DNA of 63,321 nt, counting the filler, from Chiloscyllium plagiosum (lineage: Eukaryota), in the NCBI RefSeq assembly GCF_004010195.1. It is 4 parts of one record of this genome, joined end to end, with 100 filler letters (N's around TTAATTAATTAA, not from the genome) between each part and the next. Parts side by side here need not be neighbours in the genome. Positions count along the whole stretch, not along the records: positions 1 to 19,562 come from NC_057714.1; 3 more parts are not named here. One strand, written 5' to 3'. Within the stretch, counting starts at the first letter, position 1, and every line of letters begins with the position of its first letter. The position numbers and the translations under genes were made by a program. Shown here in pieces: positions 1 through 13,109 of the stretch. The notes under the pieces are model-generated. The model had not been told where the DNA came from. It saw only the letters and a program-made list of their open reading frames with translations, and searched no databases.

Positions 1-230
1 CAGAGGGTGGTACATGTATGGAATGAGCTGCCAGAGGATGTGGTGGAGGCTGGTACAATTGCAACATTTAAAAGGCATTTGGATGGGTATCTGAATAAGA
101 AGGGTTTGGAGGATATGGGTGGGGTGCTGGCAGGTGGGACTAGATTGGGTTGGGATATGTGGTCGGCATGGATGGGTTGGACTGAAGGGTCTGTTTCGGT
201 GCTGTGCATCCCTATGACTCTATGACTCTA
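1..230 (+). mobile_element. CR1 LINE 3' end fragment
   Basis: ORF2 C-terminus VWNELPEDVVEAGTIATFKRHLD followed by a 3' UTR ending in (CTATGACT)-type short repeats. Confidence 0.85.
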
Positions 231-1962
231 AAGAATGCATGATTCTGGAATTTCTGTGGAGTTCTAACATCGTACTTAAGAGTTTGGTGAATAATTTAGG
301 ATTACGTTTGCATTTTTTCTCTCCTACTTTTCCTGCTAATGTTTTCCTCCCTTCCTTGTTGGCGTACAGTTTCATGGACAGTGAGTCCCCTCCAGTTAAC
401 TCATAATGTAGCCATTCTTCATACATGACTGTATCCAGGAGCTGTGGCAGGATTTTTGACAATAGAAATTTCCTCATTTGATCTTGATTCATCTTCATGA
501 ACACTAGCACAATTAGTCAGCTTTCCAGAAATTGTCTTTGTATAATAAATGGAAGACTTGGCCCTCCCTAAATGTTACTCCTTGCAATAGACGTGCTGAA
601 CCTGATATTTTCAGGAAGATTCTTAAATGTCTACTGGTGGATAACCAAGAAAGATAAGAATGCTGGAGATGCTGTTGAATTTTAAGCAGGATTTCATTTT
701 TACAGAATCCTGATTTATTGTTGGCTGCTGAATAATTGTCAGATCAGTCAGCTGCCAGGCACTAGTACCTGGTGGAATGCTACAGCTAGCAGCTGTTCCC
801 AGTGAAAAAGACTGAATGGGTGGGTGGGGTGATGGTTGAGGAGATGTTGAGGAAAGAATGAAGAAACATCGGGAGGTGGGTAGCTATTGTTCATCTGTTT
901 TTCCAATGTAGTGTTCATGGCCATTAATGAATTGTGGAGAAGGAATGATGACAGAAAGAAATTGTTTAATGAGCCAGGGCATGGCTGGTGATAAAGCATT
1001 CCTCACTCATGGCCCACACTCAGCACTGTGCAAACCTGTTGGATTGAGCAGCATACAAACCTTACCCAACACAATCCTTTCCGAAAACAACCCTACACCT
1101 GCCTAATCATCTTAACTGCTGAGTTCCCTGATGCCTAGAAAATCCAATTCACAGTAATGAAGTTTAAATAGCTTCCAAAATCGGAGAAATAGACCTTAAT
1201 TTAAATATTATATAATTGATCAACCTCTCCAGGGATGTTGCAAATCCACTGCAATTAAACAGGAGTAGGTGTGTTCATTTATGTTGAATCTTTAACCAAT
1301 TTACCCCTCTGACCACTCTCATCTGCTCTCATTCATCCATCATAGGCTGGTGGGGCTTGGGTTAGGGGATGGTGGTGTGTACATTCTCTCTCTCACTCTA
1401 CCTTAGGACAGACTAAGAATCAAAATGAGAACCATATGGTCCCTATATAGTCCAGTCTGCCTTTATGGATGGCATTGTGTTTCATGTAGTCACTGCTTTG
1501 TGTGACAATGACACTTTAAAGATTTGATACAAATCCTATTCTATATTTGTAGGTGACTGTGTGATACTGGTTAGTTGCAGCTTTTGAATAGTGAGATCCT
1601 TTTAAAACCATCTTGCTGAAGCTTGTTTATATAAACAAATACTGCCTGTGCATTTCGGTTGTGTCATGACAATTTAATTGCCTAAAACTCACAAGGTGAC
1701 TATTGTGCCTTTAACTGTTTTGGATCGTCCCTCCATTTAAGGTAAATGCTACAACGGTGAAATTCAGTACAACAATTAGTTTGCTGTCGAAAAGAAGGCA
1801 AAACATAAATTTACTTCATTTTTTATATATGACAAACTATAGCAATTTACTTTCTCAGAGTTTTGTTTTTAATTGGGTTTACAATGACCAGATTTAGAGT
1901 TTCTGAGATCCTGATCATATCAAACGGTAATTCACTGAATCTGTAGTACCCTCACATTTTGT

Positions 1963-2668
1963 GGCTGGATTTTGAGACACTGGGGACCCCGCCACCTCCT
2001 AGCTAAAAGGCTGAGAAGAGAGATTGGAGGGGAGAACAGAAGTCCACTCACTATTCAGTTAGTTGCCTCCTAGCAATTTACTACTGGGAGCAGGGTTAAT
2101 GGGTTTAAACTGGATTTACTGCCCCACTCTCCCTGAAGAAAGTGTCACTTTAGAGATTTACTAACCAGACAGATTGACGTTGCCAGCAGTGCCACCTGGG
2201 AGCAGTGAGCACTGGTGGGACTACAACCAGTCCCTCGACATGGAGGAGACCAGGTAAATGCAGAGCCAAATAGCTTCATCAAGTGGGAGAGAAGGCTGAG
2301 TGTGTAAAGTTGAAGAGCCAATTGTAGGCTTGAAGTGGTGTGTACATCTAATGGACATAGGATCCTGCAAGGAAGTCTTCTTCCCTAACATAACACCAGC
2401 CCACGCTGCTAAGCTACTAAGTTACCTGGGTGGATTGGGCCTCCCCTTGCAGTTGCAGGTACAATCCTAGCAGGGCAGATGGAGGACCGTAAATGACCAT
2501 TAATTCACCATTAAAGGGCCCCATTAGACCTAAGATGGCGGACTGCCTGATGCCTCCCTTCACCCCCATAAAATAACAGCTCAAAAGCAGCTTCACCATC
2601 CAGAGGATGTTGTGTCCTTGACACCCCTGCCTTCACACCTTCAGGTTGGAGAACAACAATTCCAGCCC
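1963..2668. mobile_element. Putative old non-autonomous element with short imperfect terminal inverted repeats
   Basis: GGCTGGATTTT at 1963 and AATTCCAGCCC at 2658-2668 bound a GC-richer block with no coding signal. Confidence 0.35.
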
Positions 2669-2954
2669 ATTGTGTGTTGGATGGAAAATGGCACTACACA
2701 ATAGTAGACCTACCTCTGGCATATGATCTGTTCTGGGAATGCATGAACAGCAAATTTACTTCTAACAGATTTCTACAATGCATGTGAGGGTAGTGAATTC
2801 ATTGTTTTAGAACATACCATCAAAAATATTTTGATAGTATTGTTTTAATTAAGATTTTACAATGAGCTTGCTGCCATAATTAATTCTTTTGATTTCCCGA
2901 GATTGTCATTATACCTATCTGCAACTGTCTAATGTTGAAAATATTGTGTTTTAG

Positions 2955-3107
2955 GTCACACGTCATCTTGCAAAACTCTTTGATAGCATGGCTGACCTTA
3001 AATTTGAAAATGATGGAGAAATGGAGATAAGTAAGACTGCAACAGGAATGTACAGTAGAGAGAAAGAGTATGTCCCATTCCAAGCAAAGTGTAAATGCGT
3101 TGGGCAG
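2955..3107 (+). CDS. DNAH11: Axonemal dynein heavy chain exon (linker region), 153 nt, phase 0-0
   Basis: ttttag|GTC...CAG|gtaaaa; [51 protein letters not shown]. Confidence 0.92.
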
Positions 3108-5088
3108 GTAAAACTGATAAAGGGCATATGCTATTACATAATGCCTTACACAATGTCAGGTCAAGCTCTTTACAGCAAATTAACTACTTGGAAAGTACAT
3201 TTATTTTTGCAGGTGATGTGCCAGCCACTTTGTTCACATCAGAGCTCCATTATCAGTATTTATCTACAGATATATTTTGTATTAAATATTAATTTTTTAA
3301 AAAATATTAAAATGTTTGCAAGAGTACTAACTTTTATCTGTAATCTATGCTGGAGATCATTACTAATGCAGCAACTAGGAACACATTTGCAAGAATTGTA
3401 TGATCAATTCTAAAAGTCATACGTACCATAAAGATCTAAAGATAAGCAGCTGAGGAATGGAGGATGCAAGATATAGAAAGACTAGCATCATATGACAGTA
3501 GATGGTACTGGAGAGTTGATGCATGCTGTACAATTCTAAAGAGCACACCTTATTCAAAAACTGTCACAGCAAGGGTACATGAGAAGATTGGAAAGAGGGA
3601 CATGATAATACAATGCTCTTAGATGCACAATTTGAAAAACCTTCAGAGAGGGTGTCTAATTAATTTTGAAAGCAAAACCAATAGAGGTAACCATCTGTTA
3701 TCCATGATGTGGGCTTCTAGCCTTGTGGGACTTGGCAAAGGATGGAAAACATGTAGGTGTCAATTCGGAGGTTGCCTCCTAAAAAAATTACCTTTCTAGT
3801 CTTGCTGCAAGCACGCACTTCCATTTGTTCCCAGTGTTGTCAGTGGTTCATTTCTGTGTCCAGGTGATTCAGCAATACAGAGCATGAGCTACAGGGATAT
3901 CAAAAATGTGAATTCACTCCTCTTATTCCCTCCCCAGCCAGACATCAAAGGGCCGAGTTTGGAGAAAAATAAAATTACTCTTGATTCCTATCTAATTTGC
4001 AAGGCAAGAATCTGAATGTAGCTTTCATGTTTCTATTGGATGTCCTACCTCTGTCAATTTTCCTGTACCCCAGTTTGTGCTGTAGATGAGGTATTCACTC
4101 ATTTAGTGTATTACAAAAAAAAGACTAATGGTAAATATTGTTCATCAAAATTAACTGACTAATTGCTGGAAAAAGATACATTTTCACTGTGCTTTTTGTC
4201 TCACAGTCAACAGGACAATTTACAAGAGGTAGCAAAGTAAAGGAAAAACCCATGTTGGTACTGTATGAGAGGAGACAGCTGCCTGATTGGCATATGGGCT
4301 CTGAGTGGTAGAAATGTTGCAATGGAGAATGCATTTGTTAGATGACTAACTGCTAAGCATTGCTTAAATTTTAAACCTGGCAAGTTGAATCTGATCATAA
4401 AATAAACAACATGAAGAATAGCTGCCATTTATTTTGTTGAATTGAAACAGATGCAGCCTGTGTATTTGCGCTTTCTGCCTGCAAAGTACAGGGTCCTGTG
4501 TCTTAATATATGTAGCATAAATTATGCACAAGTGTGCCACATTGTGAACCTGATTGACTATCCTAAACTGTTTATTGGTCAAGTTCTTAGCACGTGCTCG
4601 GAATTATTTTGCAAATATTGGACAAATATGGAATTGCATCTGATGTTAGACACTCCTTTGAGTTTTGCAAGTACAGACTGGTTGAATATAGTCAGTATCT
4701 TTGCTTGCTGTGAACAGCCAAGTGATATGCTGTTTGATATGATCCACCAGTCTTTGAGATGTTTTGCCTACATATCTAACATCACACCAGTGACAAGATT
4801 CATATATCATCCTACTCATTTATGTGGTTGAGAGAATGTTATTTTGACTTGATGGATCATCCTGTTAGTGGCAAACACCACTTGTGTTCCTACCAAATGT
4901 ATTTTTTTTCCAGAATACTCATGCCAAATGTCTAATTATACCTACATTAAGGATTTTAAGACATGTATACCTGATTGTATGACAAATGTAGTGGTGAAAG
5001 TTAACTTCTTGTCGGATGCAACAAAAACTGGTATAACCCTTCCATCCTTATGATGAAAATTGACTTGATGCCTTCTGCTTTTTTAAAG

Positions 5089-5322
5089 GTTGAAATCTGG
5101 TTAAATCGATTAGAGGAAAATATGCGGGAAACAGTCCGTCATCAGATTACGGAGGCTATAGCAGTTTATGAGGAAAAGCCAAGAGACCAATGGATTTTTG
5201 ACTATCCAGCTCAGGTTGCACTCACCAGCTCACAAATATATTGGACTACCGATGTGGGAATTGCATTTGAAAGGCTTGAAGAAGGCTATGAAACAGCACT
5301 GAAAGATTATAATAAAAAACAG
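5089..5322 (+). CDS. DNAH11: Dynein heavy chain exon, 234 nt, phase 0-0
   Basis: ttaaag|GTT...CAG|gtatag; [78 protein letters not shown]. Confidence 0.95.
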
Positions 5323-5439
5323 GTATAGAAATGCATTAATGACAGCTTGTTACATGCACAGTAGCTTTGTCATATATATGATAACTTGGATAAGGAAAGT
5401 GAATTGTGCTTTCTGCAGATTATTCAGCTTCCCACCTAT

Positions 5440-6270
5440 TTTGTATAGTGGAGATGTCAGAATCTGCAGAGAGCTTAAGCATGCTGTCAAAGACTTGGCA
5501 GATGTAGTACAATATTAGAAAATGTGAAATTATTCACTGGCAAGAAGAATAGAGGTGCTGAATAGTATTTAAATGGAGAAAGACTGCAGAAAGCTATAGA
5601 ACTGGATAAACTGAGAGTCCTTGTGCATGAATCAAGAAAAGCTATCATCGAGGTTCAACGGGTAACAGGGAAGGCCTGTATTGCAAAGGGTATGGAATAT
5701 AAAGCTAGGGTATTATTGCTAAGACTGTGCAAGGCACTAGGCAGACCACAGCTGAAATACAGCAAACAGTTTTGGGACTCTTATCTAAGGAAAGGTATAC
5801 TGGTGTTGGAGGCAGCTCAGAAAAGGTTCACTAAGCAGATCCCAGCGACTGTCTTATGAGGTGAGATTGAGTAGATTGAGCAAATGTTTATTGGAATTTA
5901 GAAGCGTACAGAATTCTTGGGCAATTTGATAGGTTAGATGCAGAAAAGTTGATTCCACGTGTGGAATCTAGGCCCAGAGGGTGCAGTCTCAGAATAAGTG
6001 GTCTCACGTTTAAGACAGAGATGAGGAAGAATTTCTTTGCTCAGAAAGTTGTGAATCTGTGCAATTCTTTACTGTAGAGGGCTGTCAAGGCTGGGCCATT
6101 AATTATATTGAAGGCTGAGAAAAATAGATTTTAAATCAAAAACAGAATCAAAAGTTATAGGGAAAAGGCAGGAATGTGGAGTTGGGGCTTATCACATAGG
6201 TCATGATCTTATGGCATGGTGGCGTAGATGGGCTGAGTGGCCTCCTGCTGCTTCCATTTATGGTCTCAAA
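5440..6270 (+). mobile_element. Decayed CR1 LINE 3' fragment (RT C-terminus and tail)
   Basis: Degenerate LYKALVRPHLEYC/QRRFT-like translation (ORF 5623-5859) and a CR1-type 3' tail. Confidence 0.75.
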
Positions 6271-6299
6271 GCACTATAAAACAAAATATTTAACTGAAG

Positions 6300-8030
6300 C
6301 AATAATGGAAATATTAGGAAACATGAGCAAAAAGTTTGTCGAAAAGGTAGATTTTGAAGAGTCTCTTAAAGGAGGAAATTGAGGTAAAAGGCAGAGAGGT
6401 TTCAACAGGCAATTCTAGTGCTTGGGCAACTGAAGGCACTGCTGCCAAGGGTGAAACAATTAAAATCGGAGATGCTCGGCAGGCTGAATTGTAGGTGTGT
6501 AAGTATAGTGAAAGATGGTGGAGCTGGAGAAGATTACACTGATAAAAAAGGTGTGAAGCCACAGAAGGATTTGTAAACAAGGATAACCATTGTAAATCAG
6601 GGCATTGCTTAACTGGCAGTGAGGTCAGTGAGAACATGAGTGATGGATAAACATAATTTGGGCCAAGTTAGGAGATGATCAGCAGGGTTTTGCATGACTT
6701 CATGTTTTTCGAGTGTTCAGTGTGGAAGGCTGTCCTGAAGTACATCATAATAATTCAGCCTGGAGATAGTAGAGGGTTTTCCCAGCAGATGATATGAGGC
6801 ATCAGTGAAGGGGGGGCAATGTTATGGGAGATAGAAATAAACAATTTTAGTGAAATGTGGTTGTAAGCTCATCTCAGTGTTAAATATGACAATCTAGTTC
6901 ATCCTCAGACAGTTGTTAGATGAGGAGTGGAGATGCTGGTGAGGATACAGAGTTTATGGGAACTGAAGGCAATGGCTTTGCTTTTTCCTGTTGGTAATTA
7001 AAGGAAATTTTTGTTCATTGAGCACTAGAATTAGAATTAGCTTTATTGTCACATGTATTCAACTGAGTACAATGAAAAGTGTACAAGTTGCCACGTATGG
7101 CACCATCTTAGATACTAAGGTCCCGAGGTACAGCTTTTTCAGTTACAGTTCTTGGAAAAATAGAGAAGTAAATAAGTCCAACAATACAGGTTTAGGAATA
7201 AATTAAAAAATGGAGAAAAACAAGTTCAGAATAACTGTCGTCCAAACCAGTCTATGCTGGCACCTAGCCTCCAGTATGCACTGGACCATGACTCCAGACC
7301 GTGTCGGGCTTCACCTCCGGGTTCACAATGCCTGGAGATTGCTCTAATTTCACCATGAGACTGGAGGTCCATGCCAAGGTCATACAATGCTGAGAACTGT
7401 CATATACCGCCCGAAGACCAACACGCTGGGCTGCTGGGTGATCGCCCTGCTAGGCCAAGAGGACACCTTGCTGGGCCGGCAGATTGCCACGCTGGGCCAA
7501 GAGACGGCCAAGCTGGGCTGAGAGGCCACCACACCAGACCTGTTCAGAGGCTGGGATTGAGAGGCTGTGAGGTTGGAGGCTTGGAAGAGAGAAGGGAGGG
7601 ACAAAAAAGGAATGGACGGAGCAGACGAGCTCCGGCTGAATGCCCTATACCGCTGCAGCTTGGAAATACTCATCCATTGCTGATCTGCTCCTCCTGTTTG
7701 CATTGGAAATCTGAAACATTGTGAAGTATTTTGAACTTGACAGACCTTTTCTCCCATTAATCATTGAGAAGATCAAAGTCATTATTTTCAGTTGCATCAC
7801 AAAGTATGTATCCTTGTTACCTATTACACTCTCCTCATCCAGCCTCTGTTTCATGTAAAATCAAACTACTTGTTTGACAATTAGTGACAATGGAAGGGTT
7901 AAGAGATGGAGTAGTGAGATAGTACTCTCTGTCAACAGCAAACATTTGGAATGAGATGTCATGTTTTCAGATAATGCTGCCAAGGAACAGCACTTATATA
8001 TGAAGTAGAAGGGACCAAGGATTGTTCTGT
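6300..8030 (-). mobile_element. Decayed L2-like LINE fragment, interrupted by the 7027-7650 insertion
   Basis: Minus-strand translation near 7920-8025 gives SILGPLLLHI..LGSII.KHDISFQMFAVD (L2 RT ...HMYADD region); C-terminal FKRLFKIYLF near 6340. Confidence 0.6.
7027..7650 (-). mobile_element. Non-autonomous retroposon with (ATTCTA)n tail and internal GC-rich imperfect tandem repeats
   Basis: Minus-strand 3' end ...cttttcattgtactcagttgaatacatgtgacaataaagctaattctaattct; GCTGGGCC-based repeats at 7420-7530. Confidence 0.55.
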
Positions 8031-8156
8031 TTGGACAAGCTCATTATGCTTTCTAATTGTGTGCATTGTCCACAAAGCATTTTTGTTATTTTAAAGAATA
8101 AATATTTGTACGACAGCCTTGGTGGTTGAGGTTAGCTTGGCAACAGTTCATGTAAT

Positions 8157-8900
8157 CTTCGAGGAGAAAGTGAGGACTGCAGATGCTGGAGATCAAAGCT
8201 GAAAATGTGTTGCTGGAAAAGCGCAGCAGGTCAGGCAGCATCCAAGGAGCAGGAGAATCGACATTTCGGGCATGAGCCCTTTTTCAAAAATGAGGAAAGT
8301 GTGTCCAGCAGGCTAAGATAAAAGGTAGGGAGGAGGGACTTGAGGGAAGGGCGTTGGAAATGCGATAGGTGGANNNNNNNNNNNNNNNNNNNNNNNNNNN
8401 NNNNNNNNNNNNNNNNNNNNNNNNNNNNNNNNNNNNNNNNNNNNNNNNNNNNNNNNNNNNNNNNNNNNNNNNNNNNNNNNNNNNNNNNNNNNNNNNNNNN
8501 NNNNNNNNNNNNNNNNNNNNNNNNNNNNNNNNNNNNNNNNNNNNNNNNNNNNNNNNNNNNNNNNNNNNNNNNNNNNNNNNNNNNNNNNNNNNNNNNNNNN
8601 NNNNNNNNNNNNNNNNNNTATTGCATCCGCTGCACCCGATGTGGCCTCCTCTATATTGGGGTGACAGGCCGCCTACTTGCGGAACGTTTCAGAAAATACC
8701 TTTGGGACACCCGGACCAACCAACCCAACCACCCTGTGGCTCAACACTTCAACTCCCCCTCCCACTCCACCAAGGACATGCAGGTCCTTGGACTCCTCCA
8801 TCGCCAGACCATAGCAACACGACGGTTGCCCGAAACGTCAATTCTCCTGCTCCTTGGATGCTGCCTGACGTGCTGCGCTTTTCCAGCAACACATTTTCAG
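8157..8900 (+). mobile_element. Penelope-like element remnant: GIY-YIG endonuclease fragment flanked by inverted pLTR pieces, 15-bp TSD
   Basis: YCIRCTRCGLLYIGVTGRLLAERF...VAQHFNSPSH at 8619-8825; arms 8197-8272 and 8827-8900 are reverse complements; AACAGTTCATGTAAT duplicated at 8142-8156 and 8901-8915; internal 245-N gap. Confidence 0.88.
8374..8618. other. Assembly gap (245 N)
   Basis: Run of N. Confidence 1.
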
Positions 8901-9921
8901 AACAGTTCATGTAATAGTGAACACACAGCTATATGCATTCGAAACTAGCAACCACAATGTAGATTAAACGTAAGAACTAAAAAGGGCAGTGAAGAGTCCA
9001 AGCTTGCTGTGGGGTGAAAAAAGACACTTGAAGAACATAATTTTGTGGTGAAGTAGCATAAGAGTAAATTGAACCTTAAAATGGAGTCACTGATAATGTT
9101 GAACTTTATAACAGTATAGAAGGTATTACAAATATCATGGGGAGGTGAAGATGTTATAAAGAAGTGCTGGCACATAATGTGACAGGAAATAGAAAGAACT
9201 TTTACAGGAATGTAATTAAAAAGTAATTTTTGGACAATCCAACGTGAAGAAGGATTGCACTTGAACATCAGATCATTTATCCATTGATTAACCAACACCT
9301 TTCTTTTCACCTTGGGCTTCCATCTCTTTATCTCTTGTTTAGGTAAAGGTTGATGATGAGATGAAATTCTAATATCTATATAAATTTTACTTGTATTATT
9401 ATACTTTTTGTTCTCCCCATTTCTATAAATTTAACAGGTACAATTTTTCTTTGAGTTTGTACCTGAAGTTATGCATAGCTTTGCAAATTACATTTGACAG
9501 GCAAATTGCGTCCTATTTGTATGGAATTCTGAAACATTATAAAGCATTTTGAGCCAAATTAGAACCAACTTTGACTAAATTTCCTCACATTAATCATTGA
9601 GAAGACCAAGCCTATTGTCTTCAGCTGTTTCACAATGTATGTATTTGCTATCTGTCTCACCCTCTTTCCACACCTTTGTTGCATGTAACTGCAAAACTTG
9701 ACATAGTAATTAAACTGAGAATAGCAAGCCCTTATCCTTCATACTTAAAGACTGTTTACTTCCACCTTGCTAACACCACCTGTCTTTGTATTAGCTTTAA
9801 TCCATCAGCTATCAAACCCCCATCCATGCCTTATTCACTGCTTCCAAACTTAACTTTGCACTCATGACCAACTTCATCTGATTCATATTCTTTGTTCTGT
9901 ATTCAGTGCTATAACAAATCT

Positions 9922-10056
9922 TGAGGTAAAAACAATGACTGCAGATGCTGGAAACCAGATTCTGGATTAGTGGTGCTGGAAGAGCACAGCAGTTCAGGCA
10001 GCATCCAAGGAGCTTCGAAATCGACGTTTTGGGCAAAAACCCTTATTCCTGATGAA
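9922..10056 (-). mobile_element. Penelope-type pLTR fragment with rearranged hammerhead motif
   Basis: Similar to the 8161-8290 arm (ACTGCAGATGCTGG...GGCAGCATCCAAGGAG...TCGACGTTTTGGGC); CCTGATGAA lies on the opposite strand at the end. Confidence 0.7.
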
Positions 10057-10614
10057 ATTTATCTTCTGCAATTTGCGTAGCATGATGTGTCACTGAAAAT
10101 TTTCACAAGAAACTTTCAATTTTCTTTAACAAACAACACAAGTTTATTTAAAAAATAAAGCTATTTGGAATGATTTTATCGTAAACAACAAAGGAACGAT
10201 TCAAACCTTTTTACCCAGCAATATCCTTGGGAGATACTCAATCCCAGTGCAGGTATCTTCCTTATCTTTGCAGGTCGATTTTATTTATCAACAGATGAGC
10301 ACTTCATTTCAATGAATTTCTGCAATCATACTTTATGTTTCTTTTTGTTTCACCCTGAAACACTAATACAGGGTAACTCAATGACTTTTCTCCCTGAAGA
10401 AAATGAACCTTTGAGCTTATTCCAGTTACTTTAACTATTTTGACGCTAATAAACAACACATTTGCTGGAATGGATGTTTTCTTCTGAAGTAATCTGCTTC
10501 CAGCCTCTGGCCTCTGTTTCACTGGTTTGTAAAATGTTAACCTAATATCATTGCATTAATTATCTTTCCAGGTAGCGTGTCTAGTAATTTTAATTTAAGT
10601 TAACTGATTTCTTA

Positions 10615-11130
10615 GTCTTCCTCCTATCGGAAGGCTGCTGTGAAACTTGAAAGGATTCAGAAAAGATTTACAAGGATGTTGCCAGGATTGGAGGATTTGA
10701 GCTATAGGGAGAGGTTGAATAGGCTGGAGAGTCAGAGGCTGAGGGGTTACCTTACAGAGGTTTATAAAATCATGAGGGGCATTTTTAGAGTAAATAGACA
10801 AAGTGTTTTCCCTGGGGTGGAGAAGTCCAGAACTAGAGGGCATAGGTTTAGGGTGAGAGGAAAAAAATTAAAAGGGACCTCCAGGGCAATGTTTTCATGG
10901 AGAGGGTGATGCATGTATGGAATGAGCTGCCAGAGGAAGTGGTGGAGGCTGGTACAATGACACCATTTAAAAGGCAACTGGATGGGTATATAATTAGGAT
11001 GGGTTTAGAGGGATATGGGCCAAGTCATGGCCAATGGGACTAGGTTAGGATAGGATAACTGTTGGGCATGGACGAGTTGGACCAAAGGGTCTGTTTCCCT
11101 GCTGTACATCATTATGTTTCTGTGTCTCTA
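10615..11130 (+). mobile_element. CR1 LINE 3' fragment
   Basis: KLERIQKRFTRMLPGLEDLSYRERL...TRGH and a CR1 3' UTR. Confidence 0.9.
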
Positions 11131-13109
11131 AATGCAGTTTTGATCAACTGCAAGAGAAAGTGAGTTTCTGACCCAGACCCATTTACCTCTGCTTTAGAAT
11201 CCGAATACTATAAACCTTCATCGCAGTACATGAGTCAGAATAAATGAAAACTCTAATTAAATATGAAACTGTGGGTTTGTATAAGTAACATTGCTCAGCA
11301 GAAATAATTTGTGTAAGCTTTATGATTTTCTTTGAAAGGGTTTTCAGAAAACTATTCTGCATTCTTTTTCAAATTCTGCCTCTTCTGGAGGTTTGCTGTT
11401 TCAGCATGAATATGAGCTATCAGGAGAATTCAGCAACTTTTTTTGGAAATCTAAAAAGCCATATTTGCTTTTTCTGTGTTCCATTTCAAAAAAGATGTCA
11501 ATTTTACATGTTAATTTGTTGAATGTACCATTTCTTTTGAATACTAAATGAACAAGTCAATGTACTTGAACTCCCAGTTGACTGAGCTTTCATTTGACAC
11601 ACTGACTGCTAAAGAACTGACTCTATTCACTGTATAACATTTAATCCAGAAACTCGTGCATCGAAAAGCAAACATATTTTCAATGTATCAGTTTTGGTGC
11701 CACTGCAAATCTCAGTACAGCAAAGTACACTTAGATATTTTGTTACATATTGAAACTAATTTCACAAGTTTTAGGATGTCTCAAAGCAATTTCACCTTTC
11801 AAGTGTAATTGTTGTACCTTGGAGAAATTTGTGCAAAGGTGCTGTTTTCATAACATTAGTAAGGATAATCTCACTTTTAAAACAGTTAATGGGGTGACCT
11901 GTGCTGACAGAAAAATGTAATTGGTAATTGTCTTAGGCATTATCTTAATCAGGTGATTAATTATAATAACCCAGAGTAAAGATCTAAAATGTGTTGCTAA
12001 TGGTTGATTTGGTAATATTAAATCAAATTTCAAACATTTATGGTCTCATTTGCAAAACATTGTGCATTTTTGATGAGCCATTTAGATAGAGGAACAATAC
12101 AGGTGAATAGTATAGCCTGTTGGTATGGGATTAAATGTAAAACAAATCTTCATTTCTGTTCTGTTTAGAAGTGAACCCTTTTTAACATGGTCTTGGCTGC
12201 CAGAGCTATATGGTTTACATATTTTGTTGTAGCATATACAGGCATGCAGACAGGTAGGTGGTTGTACGACACACATTACGCAGGCCAGGTGGCATTTGAT
12301 AGTTGTGGGCAAAGTATAGAAATAGGGAGAAAGAATGTCAGAAACAAATAGTAATTCATGGAATCAAACAAAGTGAATGAATAAAAACGAAGAAGCGATC
12401 ACGAGAAGTAAACTGAAAGCAGATAATTGGAGATACAGGATGGAAGACAGGCAAGGTAAAGTTTAATTTCTAAGTTTTGGGGAAAAACAGCAAAGAAAAC
12501 GTAGTCTGGTTGGAACCAAAATAAACATCTATAAGTATGTGATGTAACCATTAAAGTTTGTTTCTAATCCTTTGATGAGAGGAATGACTGGAAGAAGATA
12601 ACACAGCCCTGAAATTCAAGTGTTCCCTTGATTTTCTGATGATTTTCTGACTGAAATATTGCCAGAAAAGATTGGCAAAAAACACAACTACAATGAAAAT
12701 AGCTGCTTTTAGTTATTTACATTGTTTTTCTGATCTCCTGCCATAGAATATCTGGAAATTGCGATGACAGGTTTTTCAGCTGGGCAAATGCCCTGCCATG
12801 TGCATTGCCTAGAGTGTAGTACTAGAACACCATTAACAGTCATATTTATAACAGTTGGAGCCCAGTGTGCCCAATAGGAATTTCTTTGGGCCTTCTCCAC
12901 ATATTCCAACATAATTCTGATTGAGTACTATATATGTTAAACCTTGGAAAAGCATTGTAATCATACAATTATACCATTCCTCCCAAGTAACAGTGGGAGA
13001 TTGGAAAAGCCCAAGAAATTCTCCGTAACTAAACAATTTACATTTCATTATTACTTGCGTACAGAAGAGTTTGTCGTTTGAGGCAACAAAGTAGGGTTTC
13101 CAACCGCTT

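Noticed and set aside
2988..3413. ORF-track dynein ORFs as stand-alone short proteins
   Set aside because: Homology stops at splice sites; the extensions are intron read-through.
7420..7530. Short spaced repeats as a possible CRISPR-like array
   Set aside because: Units are degenerate with no unique spacers, no cas genes, and the context is a vertebrate intron.
7371..7757. Overlapping 117-aa and 125-aa ORFs on both strands
   Set aside because: They arise from the GC-rich repeats of a non-autonomous retroposon; no protein motif or splice support.
10079..10560. Possible solo LTRs here and at about 15590-16150
   Set aside because: Composition is suggestive, but TG...CA termini and TSDs could not be established.
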